DNA of 64,000 bases from Eledone cirrhosa. Taxonomy: Eukaryota. Numbering within the stretch: position 1 is the stretch's first letter; each line of letters starts with the position of its first letter. Positions 15,121 through 26,000 of this stretch are shown here, one piece after another. The stretch lies in the NCBI GenBank assembly GCA_964016885.1, contig OZ024755.1, positions 31,124,001 through 31,188,000 of the forward strand. The letters are read 5' to 3'. The position numbers and the translations under genes are program-made. Below the pieces are notes generated by a model. That model worked only from the letters and a program-made list of their open reading frames with translations. It made no database searches and was not told the DNA's origin.

Positions 15121-15240
15121 ATATTATTTATATCATATATATTATTTATATCATATATATATATATATTATATATATATATTTATATATTTTTTTATATA
15201 TCATATATATTATATATTTATATATTTTTTTATATATATA
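12690..15240. repeat. About 2.5-kb compound (TA)n microsatellite with periodic CAT/TAT/TTT interruptions
   Basis: Seen directly. It produces the spurious Ile/Tyr/His ORFs of 700-900 aa. Confidence 0.97.
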
Positions 15241-15242
15241 CA

Positions 15243-16502
15243 ATAGGAGTGCCGGAAAGTAATGTCGTTCTTTTGTTAGGTGTTATAATTATCCCGAACA
15301 AAATTTACAAATTAATTCATCAATGACATAATCACCATCATTAGAAATAACTGTTGTTTTCTTACAAGTTTTTTTCATTCCCTGGTCAAAAAATCTGGGT
15401 CTTTGAATGAAAAAAATAAAATAACCTCTTGATTACTTAATATTTTTCCACTGATAAAACATTGAAGTGATTTAAATAAGTGAAAATCTGATGTTGCCAA
15501 GTCTGATAAATATGGAGGGTGGGGTACAACTTCCAGCCTAAAGGCATTATTTTTTCTTGGGTTTGTTTTCCAAAATGACTCCCTTTCTCTTCACTGGAGC
15601 ACGATGTGTTCTATGGAAAGCTACATTCTGCTGTAACAGTTTTCCTCGTTCCAATAGCTCAAAGTGAACTGCACTTAGTATTTCATTAAATGCAGAGCAT
15701 TACTTTTTGTTGGTGTAATAATGCTGGCTTGAGTGTTGGAACTCGTGTTTTATTGTTTGAGGGCCACTGTTTCTCACATTAACCCTTTAGCATTTAAATC
15801 AGCCATATCCGGCCATAATTCTCTCACTCCTTTCTGTTCAAACCAGCTGTAACCGGTCACTCTTACTGATGTTAAGTATTGTTCTCAAAATAAATATCAA
15901 AATCTCGTAGATTTGATATTTTGTGAGATAATTATGCAAGATAAAGTCTTTACTGTGAAAATATAATAGTAAATATAGAATAATGTAAATGCTAATGGGT
16001 TAAAGCAATCCATTTCTCATCTCCTGTAACATTCTCTAATTAAGGAAAGTTGATTATTTCCCCCCATTCCTGATGAACAAAATGCTGCAAATTGTTGAAT
16101 GCAAAGCTTTGTTGCCTGAAGACAGTTCACGAGGCACCTAAATCCCCTCCCTATACACCTTTCCCGTTTTCGTAAGATGTTTCTGAATAATGGACAAATT
16201 TCATTCAGAACAATAGGTCTTCCTCATAGCTGTCCATCAGAAAGGTCAAAAAGGCCTTTCTTAAATTTTGAAAACCATCAAGATAAGCACTGCACATGTT
16301 TTTCCTTGCCATTGTTGCCTTTATGAAATTCATATATGTAATGCCGAATATAACTATTTGTAAATTCTTAGTCGACCATGGACTTTAGAAAATAGAGAAA
16401 ATGAAAGCAGGACTAACGTATTTAACCTTGAAAAAGAAAAAAAATTATTATTTTTAAGTTATATTAAGTATGCGTGTGGCATTGCTATCCGGCACCCCTT
16501 AT
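15243..16502 (-). mobile_element. Decayed mariner transposon containing a MITE-B insertion at 15779-16003
   Basis: Degenerate TIRs ggagtgccggaaagtaatgtc / ggcattgctatccggcacccc. The minus strand at about 15495-15530 reads VPHPPYLSDLAT, matching the mariner PHPPYSPDLAP motif. Confidence 0.65.
15779..16003. mobile_element. piggyBac-like MITE family B, inverted relative to the 5109 and 7201 copies
   Basis: ttaaccctttagcattta ... taaatgctaatgggttaa. The body is the reverse complement of 7201-7422. Confidence 0.75.
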
Positions 16503-16561
16503 TTCTATATATATATCCACACATATATATATATATGCTCATGCATGCCCACACACCCACA

Positions 16562-16611
<50 letters not shown>

Positions 16612-17603
16612 CACTGATTAATCAGCATATAGAAAATTCAACATTTATAGGCTACCTTTAAGATAGCATGTAGTTTGAAAATGATATACAGTTTATCTTG
16701 GCTTAGAAATATACTTAATATACTTATGAGAGGGTTAATTAATCCACCAAATTTAGGAATGATGTTTAGCAGGAATAATGTTACTACTTCGATCTACATG
16801 TTGGATTAATCTATCTAGAATTTATTTTATTGGTGAGTGTTATTGACACTGTACTTTTCAGCTCTATTGTTTATCATACCAACCACTCTCATGAGTTGTT
16901 CATTGTCTCCATAATGGTGTAGGCAACTGGTATTCTGCACCACCTCCCTACCTACTGTGATCAGGATGGTGTTGGCCATCTGCAAGAGCAAGTCCTTTGA
17001 ATCAGACTATCTCTTTTAGTTCATCTCTCTTGCTATCTTCTGAGGTAACACATTCACAATTTCATCTTTTGTGACCATGAGGCAACATCCATTGGATGTT
17101 TTAAAAAGGACATAGTAGTTTTGATTGTCTCCTTTAACATATTTCCCTTGCTGTTATTTTCAGTTATGCATTTTACAATTCTGTCCACAGGGCCCATGAG
17201 GCAACATCCATCTAATGTGATATAAAGGACATGAAATAGAGTTATCTATTGATAAACTTTCTACACACATACATTCTAGCAAGGTGATCATGTGTACAAT
17301 GTCCCTAGAACAGCAAAATAATACACATAGGTTCTCACGCGGTGACTAAGAAATAAGGTAAAAATATTAACTTCTGGTGGGTAGGTGATATCTTTGATAG
17401 TGATAGTGGTTTTACTGGTTTTAGCCAGTAAACTAGCCATGCTGGGGCACTGTCTTGACAGGGTTAAGTGAATTATATCAAACTACGTATTTTATTCAAG
17501 GCCGGTACTTACTTTATCGATCTCTTTCTATTTTTCAAAGGGCTAAGTTACAGGGCATAAACAAATGATAAATGTAAACACAGTCTCTCTCACACACACA
17601 TAC

Positions 17604-17644
<41 letters not shown>

Positions 17645-17808
17645 TGTGACGGGCTTCTGCATAGTTTCCGTCTACCAAATTCACTCACAAGGCATTGGTC
17701 AACCTGAGGCTATAGTAAAAGACACTTGCCCAAAGTGCCACACAGTGGGACTGAACCCGAAACCACATGGTTGTGAAACGAACTCCTTAACCACACAGCC
17801 ATGCCTGC
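17645..17808 (-). mobile_element. tRNA-derived SINE
   Basis: The minus strand starts caggcatggctgtgtggttaagg (box A) ... gggttcagtccc (box B), then ttgggcaagtgtctt. A related fragment lies at about 220-300. Confidence 0.7.
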
Positions 17809-18182
17809 AAACATATGGTATGATTATTTTTTAATTTGTTTTCTACTTTTTATTGTAAGTTGAACAGTTAAATGAAATGAGGTGGCTCGGTCATGTGTTG
17901 AGGAAGGATGAAAGTAACCAGGTGAGATGTTTGGAGATGAATGTGGAAAGAAGTAGAGGAAGAAACAGTGGAGGAAAGAATGAAAGCCGACAGTAGGTAA
18001 AATAGAGAAACGTGTCATGGCTTCCCCACAAACTAACCTCTTACGGTTAACATGGTGTTAAAATGGTTGTTGAAGAGTTACAGGAAATTTCAGAGGTTCA
18101 CTCTTAACTGACTATTGTTTATAATACAGTGAGATATATATACACACATGCACACAAACACATACACACGCGTGTGTGTGTG

Positions 18183-18226
<44 letters not shown>

Positions 18227-18926
18227 CCCATATATAATGTGTGTGTATGTTTATACGTAATATTCCATTAACCTTTTTGTTAGCATATTCCTAATGAAAG
18301 AAACTGCTTGTAATTTTGGAATTAGAGAATTTGATAGGATTTTGTAATATATCTACTTTGCTGTTATGTGGATAGAAGAAAGACTTTCACATAACAAATA
18401 TTTTTTTTAGATAGATATATGCTTATATATATTAGCTATAAGTGTACAGTTGGTATCGAAAAGTTTAACAATTCTTTTTAACCAATTCAATCTGCGTATT
18501 TCACTGAATTATAACTAAGTTGTCAAAAGATAAATGGACAAAGTTACATCAATAAAACTGAAATTAACTTATTTGTTACCATATTTCTAATGAGATGAGA
18601 ATTTGGAAAGATTTAGTAATATAACTAACTTTCTCATTAAGTTTGTTTAAAACAACATAAAATTCTGTTGGAAGGTTTTTAGAAAAATATGAACTCTTTA
18701 AAATAAACTTCTTTGTACCAAAGAACCAGGTTTGGTTTGGTATCAAAAGGGCAAAAAATATACAGCTTTATGATTATATGAAATAGTGGAAATATTTCCC
18801 TAAAACTTCCAATTATGAAATAAGTAGAAATAGTTTGCAGGATAAATTTAATTTCACATCAAGTCAATGAGTTTGTTTTCAACATAGGGTTTAGCAATTA
18901 ATAATTGCTGTTGTTCAATAATGATA

Positions 18927-19160
18927 CATGGCTTACTGGTTAGGGTGTTCGCTTCATGAATATAAGGTGGTTAGCTTGTTTCCTGGTGGGACATTGTGTC
19001 CTTCAGCAAGATACTTTATTTTATGTTACTCCAGTTGACTCAGCTGAAAAAAATGAGTTGTACCTGTGATTCAAAGGCCAGCCTTGTCACACACTGTGTC
19101 ATTGAATCTCTTTCAGAATTAGATTAAGAATATATGTGGTTTGCTCAACCATTTACGCTA
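18927..19160 (+). mobile_element. tRNA-derived CORE-like SINE with a non-RTE body. Relatives at about 60-210, 3500-3660, 22640-22845, 33430-33635 and 55095-55265.
   Basis: Degenerate box A/B, a CORE-like cagcaagatactttattttatgttactccagttgactcagctg segment, and a shared ggccagccttgtcacac segment. Confidence 0.6.
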
Positions 19161-19462
19161 TATACAAGATAGTATATTTATGCTATAATACAAGATAGTA
19201 TATGTGTGATTCAAGGGGTCGGTCCAGTCTCCCTAAAAATGTAATTGGTGTATGTCGCGTGTCTGGCATATTCAACCACTTACACTATAAGATGGGTGAT
19301 TGAGCTAGCCTTGTCATACACTGGAACATTGTCATAACTGACAGATGTCCCACACAAGACATGCTTCATCTTTTTACATTTCTTTGTAGTACTAAGGAGG
19401 GCCCATCTGTTATAGACGTTTTTGAACGCTGGATTTATGTCCCATGTTGCCGTTTATTGCAG

Positions 19463-19616
19463 GTGACCTGTAGCCTGTGTTCCCAGAAATTCAACTCTGA
19501 AGTTCAAGCCGCTCAACATTATAATAGCAATCGGCATGCAAAGAAGGTGAAGATGGCCGAATGTGGAGGAAGGCAAATGGAGACTGATGAAGACTCCCCT
19601 GATAGAGACACTAATG
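19463..19616 (+). CDS. ZNF385: ZNF385-like, third visible coding exon (zinc finger)
   Basis: Acceptor ttgcag ends at 19462 and donor gtgaga starts at 19617. Phases are 0 in and 1 out. Encodes VTCSLCSQKFNSEVQAAQHYNSNRHAKKVK, resembling ZNF385 finger 1 ([26 protein letters not shown]). Confidence 0.9.
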
Positions 19617-20454
19617 GTGAGAAGGATGTGGTTTTCTATGTATTATTGTTACTTTTTTTTTTGTACTAAAGATACTGCAGTAGATGTAGACTAAGCCTTA
19701 AAGAAGGCAACCTGTCTTGGAGCGCAGTCACTCTGAATAAAAGAGTAGAAGGGACACCTGTCAATCTCTATTATTGGTGGTATGATAAAAAGCATGCAGT
19801 GGTTGGAAGTAGGGAGGGCATCCAACCAGAAAAACACTGCCAAAACTATAAAAAAGCACAAATTCCATCATCATCATCATGTCCAATCCATGCAGATATG
19901 GTGATGATGATTAGTAGGACTACTTGATGCAAACATTTTTTTTTTTACCCTTTGCACTCAAGGAATATGTTTATAGGTGCATGTCCTTGTGGTTTTAGGA
20001 TCAGGGTTCTCCAACTATAATTACTCTCCTCCCAGATACAGTGGGAATAACAATACCACATACAGTTGGACTGTAGGTCTGTTGCACCGGCTACATCAGC
20101 CATTCTGCCTCACAAAGCTCCTTCCTATGATGTTCTCTTGATTTGTGAAATATACCAAATTACTATAGTTTAGGTTAAGTGTAGACCTCTCAACACTGTT
20201 ACTATTGGAGTCCCATGCAGTTGAGTAAAGTGAGTAAAGTCACTTAACTCTCAAGCTGTAAGGATTTAGCAAAATGTATCTTCAATAGTGGAGATTGTTG
20301 TAAAAATTTGCAAGATTGTCTTGCTAATGTGCTTTCATGTAGTATAGGACATTAAGAGCCCTCCAATTTCTTCAGTGTCCTGTGATTTAAAAAAAAAAAA
20401 AAATTTGCTGATATTTATAGTTTTTTAATATTTTTTATTATATTTATTTTCCAG

Positions 20455-20547
20455 GAGAAGATTTAGGGAAAAAATTAGGATTGTTTTTCTGTAGCTTATG
20501 TAACATTTCTGTAAACTCTATGCAACAATTGGAAGCCCACAAGAGTG
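20455..20547 (+). CDS. ZNF385: ZNF385-like, fourth visible coding exon (N-terminal part of a finger)
   Basis: A pyrimidine tract and ccag end at 20454, and donor gtaagt starts at 20548. Phases are 1 in and 1 out. Encodes EDLGKKLGLFFCSLCNISVNSMQQLEAHKS. Too short to appear in the ORF track. Confidence 0.88.
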
Positions 20548-20584
20548 GTAAGTATTATCACTTAAATGTTTAATATTTAGTTAG

Positions 20585-20850
20585 CATTGGATTAACAAAA
20601 TTGTTAGAACATTGAACAAAATACTTTGCAGTATTTAATCAAGCCATTTAAGTTCTGAGTTTCAAATCCCACTGAGGTAAATTTTGCCTTTCATTTTTTC
20701 AAGGTTAATAAAATAAAGTACCTGTCAAGTACTAGAGTTGATGTAATCAACTCCCTCTCCTTTCAAATAGAATAAAGTACCAGTCAAGTACTAGAGTTGA
20801 TGTAATCAACTCCCTCTCCTTTCAAATATTGCTGGCTTTATTCCTAAATT
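20585..20850 (+). mobile_element. Degenerate tRNA-derived SINE (Meta-domain-like family) with an internal duplication
   Basis: ctgagtttcaaatccc...ttttgcctttca...taaaataaagtacc. The aataaagtacc...ctcctttcaaata segment is duplicated. Confidence 0.65.
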
Positions 20851-21502
20851 AGAAAAAAGAAAAAAAACATTGTCAGTTATGTCTTCTCATTTTTTTGTTT
20901 TAACCCAGTGACGGAGTGCATTAATGACTAATTTACATTTTGAAAGATTGATTATCTTTAATTTTTAACATCATGTAATGATTTAGCGAAAAATATCTAA
21001 AAACAAGCTTGTTAATTCAAATGTTTACAGTATCTTGACTCCCAAATAGATAGTTGTGAAAATTTGCAATATTAGAGTAAATACTTTAATATTTAGTGTC
21101 ATGTAGTCAGTCAATTATGCTAAAAATAATGCTGTGTGTGCATGGTGGTTAACTAACTCTTAACATCCTGTAATGATTTAGCAGAAAATATACAAAAACA
21201 GATTTGTTAATTCAATTTGTTTTTAGATATTTTCTGCTAAATAATTCAAGGTATTGAGAGTTGAATATAATATTCTAACAATTTTATATAAGAACCATTT
21301 GTTAAGTTACTATCCTAATGGCATAATTAATAATTTTAGTAAATTCCTAAAAATTCTTCACTAATTCAAATAGTATATTTCTTTACAAATAGTCGTAAAA
21401 GGGTTTTTTAGTTTCTCTAATAAAAAAAAAAAATGTTTAAATCAACATTGTGTTTGTTTTTTCCTGTTAATTTTTCTATCATAACATTATATTTTCGTGC
21501 AG

Positions 21503-21597
21503 GCACTAAGCATGGGAATAAGGTACAGAAATTAGATGGCAAATGTCTGGATGATTCTAAGGATGGAGACTCTCTTGACTGCAAAGATGATGACTAA
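21503..21597 (+). CDS. ZNF385: ZNF385-like, last coding exon (stop TAA 21595-21597)
   Basis: Acceptor gtgcag ends at 21502. Completes the finger (AHKSG-TKH), followed by an acidic tail GNKVQKLDGKCLDDSKDGDSLDCKDDD*. Confidence 0.85.
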
Positions 21598-21704
21598 ATA
21601 TCACCCTCTTCTGGTAACAACAATTATTGTGATGTGGTTAGGATTGTTTGGAGAGCATTGAAAACTAGAGTAGGGCGATCATTAAAAATTGGAGTGTGAT
21701 GATG

Positions 21705-22635
21705 ATTGTTAAGGAATGGTGTGATGGTGATGGCTTAGGAATGGCGTGTGATGAGGGTGGTTAAGGAATGGTGTGTGATAGTGATGGCTAAGGAATGGAG
21801 TATGATGGCAATGGTTAATGAATGGAGTGTGATGGCAATGGCTAATGAATGGAGTGTGATGGCAATGGCTAATGAATGGAGTGTGATGGCAATGGCTAAT
21901 GAATGGAGTGTGATGGCAATGGCTAATGAATGGAGTGTGATGGCAATGGCTAAGGAATCGAGTGTGATGGCGATGGCTAAGGAATGGTGTGTGATAGTGA
22001 TGGTTAAGGAATGGAGTGTGATGGCGATGGTTAATGAATGGAGTGTTATGGCAATGGTTAATGAATGGAGTGTGATGGCAATGGTTAATGAATGGAGTGT
22101 GATGGCAATGGCTAATGAATGGAGTGTGATGGCAATGGCTAAGGAATCGAGTGTGATGGTGATGGCTAAGGAATGGTGTGTGATAGTGATGGCTAAGGAA
22201 TTGTGTGTGATAGTGATGGTTAAGGAATGGTGTGATAGTGATGGTTAAGGAATGGTGTGTGATAGTGATGGTTAAGGAATGGAGTGTGATGGCGATGGTT
22301 AAGGAATGGAGTGTGGTGGTAATGGTTAAGGAATTGAGTGTGGTGGTGATGGTTAATGAATGGAGTGTGGTGGCGATGGCTAAGGAATCGAGTGTGATGG
22401 TGATGGCTAAGGAATGGAGTGTGGTGGTGATGGCTAAGGAATCGAGTGTGATGGCGATGGCTAAGGAATCGAGTGTTATGGTGATGGCCAAGGAATCGAG
22501 TGTTATGGTGATGGCCAAGGAATCGAGTGGTGGTGATGGCTAAGGAATGGTGTTGGTTATGGAATGTGATGGTGGTGACTAAGGAATGGTGTGTGATGGT
22601 GATGACTAAGAACTGGTATGGTGTGTGGTGGTGAT
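21705..22635. repeat. 27-bp minisatellite (about 30 units)
   Basis: Unit aaggaatggagtgtgatggcaatggct. Gives a 9-aa periodicity (VMAMANEWS) in the ORF track. Confidence 0.95.
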
Positions 22636-23086
22636 GCATTCCACTGACCTGTGTACTCAATTCTCAGGGAGATTCAGCATGACACAGGGTGTGACATGAC
22701 TGACTCTTTGAATTGCTGGTACAACTATTTATTATCAGGTAAGTTCACTGGAACAACATGAAATTGTCTTAAATACAAAATTTTCTGCCATGAATCAAAC
22801 TCACAACTTTGATTGTGAAGCAATCACCTCTCCCCACTTGCTACACATCTTCACAGATAGATGTAGCTCATTTGTATTAAACTAAAAATCCTTTTCAAAT
22901 TAAATCTTCCAACATAATTTCCTATATAAACATTTAATTATGTTAGAAATACCATTTTAATAATGAAATAATTAATATTGTTAATTAATCACTGAAAATT
23001 GATGATTAATTAAATGAAATACAGTGTATTTCATTAGAAATATATTAATGATGATTAATCTCTGATTTTCTTTTTTCTCTTTGCAG

Positions 23087-26000
23087 CCTGATTTCATATG
23101 CCTCCCCATGTTGGCACTTTGGAGATGGGTACTGTCTTCATCTATTAATGCTACTATTTCTACTATTAACCACCAACCAACAACAACACTACATATTATT
23201 CAGAGCAGCTTACTCTTTACCAACTTCATTTAACAAACATAAACAACAAAAACTACATTTTTTTCCCTTTCAATTTTGAACAAGTTTTAATTTTTTTTCC
23301 CTTCTTAAATTTTCAATTTTTTTTTTTTGTTTTGTGTGTCTAACCTCCCACTCTGTCCCCCTTCTATGGTTGGCTAATTTGCAGAAACGGCTTTGAATCA
23401 AATGATTCTCAACAAAAGACAATAAGGTTTTAACACCTTCTTCCTTGATGTTAAATCTCATTCTTCGACATCTAGACAAATGTCTTCTTAACTCTAACTT
23501 TTTATACACACACACACACACCATTTACTGTATACAGTAAACAATAGCACACATGAGCATAAACATCAATTAACATACACACATAGTTACATCATAAGCA
23601 CATGTCTATATATATATATATAGACATGCGGTCATGTTTAAACCATTTCAATAGCAAAATGGGATATTAATCTTGACCTTCAGGCATTCTATGATAAAAT
23701 CTACACTCTATTTTCCTTAAATATGGAGTGCTACTAAATTGAATAATGGTTGTACTAGTCTTAACTAGTAACATCTCATCCATATATATATAATAGGCAA
23801 GATCATTTTAAAGATTTCTTCTGAAGTAGTTCATAAACAAAAAATGTTATCCCCTACCCCCAAACTCTTTTTTTATATACTTAGTCTTCTGTCTTATGCC
23901 AGTGATTCATATCTAAGTAAATGTTGTTTTGCTGTTGTGTTTTAAAGAAAACCAAGTTTTATTGACAGGACAAACACTCCCACACCTCCATTATTCAATA
24001 TATTTCAAGTTATCCTTTAGTTTCTTCAGATTTGTATATTTATAAATAATTTAACTTGGCAACTTTTAATTCATTTTCTTTATTTTTCCTCGAAATTTCT
24101 ACAAAAGTCTACGAGAAATCTTCACCAAGTTGTGTTTCTACAATTATTTAAAATTCAACATCTCATGCCATTTCTGAGTTATATTTCAACATTAAATTTC
24201 ATTTAAGTTTTTCTTGTTATAGAATCACTTGGCTAATATTGGATAAGAGAAGACATTGGAAAAACTTCCCCATGAAGCATAAATATAAGGCAATCGTCAA
24301 GCGCATAGACCATAGAGGGACCTTAGAAACTAGCATGTAATGTTAGCTTAAGGTTATTTGTTTTCTTACTCTTAATATAGAGTATTCTGCTCTTCTCTTT
24401 CATTAACATTTTCATCACGTTTCTCAGTTGTTGATAAACTGTCTACTTGACATGGCCTGATGGTGATCATTGTTTAAGTAACTTTTCTATTCACAATTCA
24501 CATTCATTACTACTACTATTATTATAGACTAGACTAACAGAGACTGGCTATAGGAGTGTGTAAATCACCTATATTTACTAACAAATATACAGTCCTACTC
24601 TTGTGGTTTGCTTTTATGTCGGACATATCACAGCAATTATAATGTTAGAAAACAATGTGATGGATGCCCTTCCTGCTATTTGAGAACAAATTCTGAAGCA
24701 GGTGTTTTAAATACACATCATGGGCGTTAAATTTCTTCTTAATTTGGCTATTGACATTTTGAATTTGCTGCTGACGTAATCGAGATTAATTTTCTACATG
24801 CGTAAAAAACCTACAGTAGTGGCTTTTGCATTCTGATAACTGAAACTAGATTGTGCAGTATATACAGAGATAGTATCAGCAATTAACAGACGAATGGGAA
24901 CATTCTTTCCTTGGTCCACTCTGATGATCAACTACTCCTCCTCTATTAAGAGCATATCACAACAGCATATCAGGATGTGAAAGGGCAGATTGCTGTGCAA
25001 ATATTAATTTGTTTGTGCTTTCTAATTAATTAATTACTTAGTGGTACAAGTAATTAGGTGGTCAACTATTTTAACTTCCATCCCTATTTAGTGTACAATA
25101 TTTGAGAAAATTTCACTGAAAGTTTTTATTTTTAGTGAAGCACATTTAGTTTTTCGTCTCCCCTTACAAATTCTTCAGCTTCAATCCTTTTTATACAATT
25201 CCAGATAAGAATAAAATCTACAATTTCTCCCCCAATTCAAAATGGCCTTCATAGTCAGTCTTCCCTTGATAGTAATGCCATCATTGTGCTAATTCAGTCA
25301 TTTGTTTCTTTGTAATGGAATACCCATCCAGCATATCTAGTAACTGTTTTTCAGTTTATGCTTGTACAATTGCTAGCTTTTCTTTGCATTGATTTCTTAT
25401 AATCCACACTTTATATTTGTTCAATCTCAAATAGTTTCTTTCTTTCTCCCCACTCATCCACCTTGTATTTTCTTTGAGCTTTTTAGAAACAAAAGCAGTT
25501 TTTTAATTTCAGTTCAACATTTTTATCAATGTTCCTCTAATTTTGACCAGCCACTATGTAAAACGTTTGAGACTTTGAGCAAAAATAGTTTAAATTCCAA
25601 ACTAGTGTGCAGCAGGATTTCAAAGCTACTGAGAGCAACATTTTGATGTGTGCTAAACAGCTGTGCACCTGCACACCTTAGAGGGAGCATTGCTTTTGAT
25701 ATAAACATTTTAGATTCACTTCTCTTTTACAAGTTTTCAGTGGCATATTTTATTACACTTTTGTCGAATTGTTTTGTTGCTTTCACCAATGGCATATTTC
25801 TTAGCATTGCTGTCCAATCTTCTGAAATTCCCAGTATTAGTATTTTTACTAATTATTCCAATAGCAACTTTAATTTTACTGATGGTGAATGGTGGAATTA
25901 AAAACAATATATAGACAGGTCCGTCATATATATATATAAGGTTGTAGAGAACATGTGAAGTGTTAATGATTGTCACAAACTACTAACTTGTGATTTGTTC

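Noticed and set aside
12648-15326. ORFs of 697-892 aa
   Set aside because: They are translations of a TA microsatellite (Ile/Tyr/His only) inside an intron.
21709-22660. His-rich and Met/Val-rich repetitive ORFs resembling metal-binding or structural proteins
   Set aside because: A 27-bp minisatellite open in several frames on both strands, with no splice or codon evidence.
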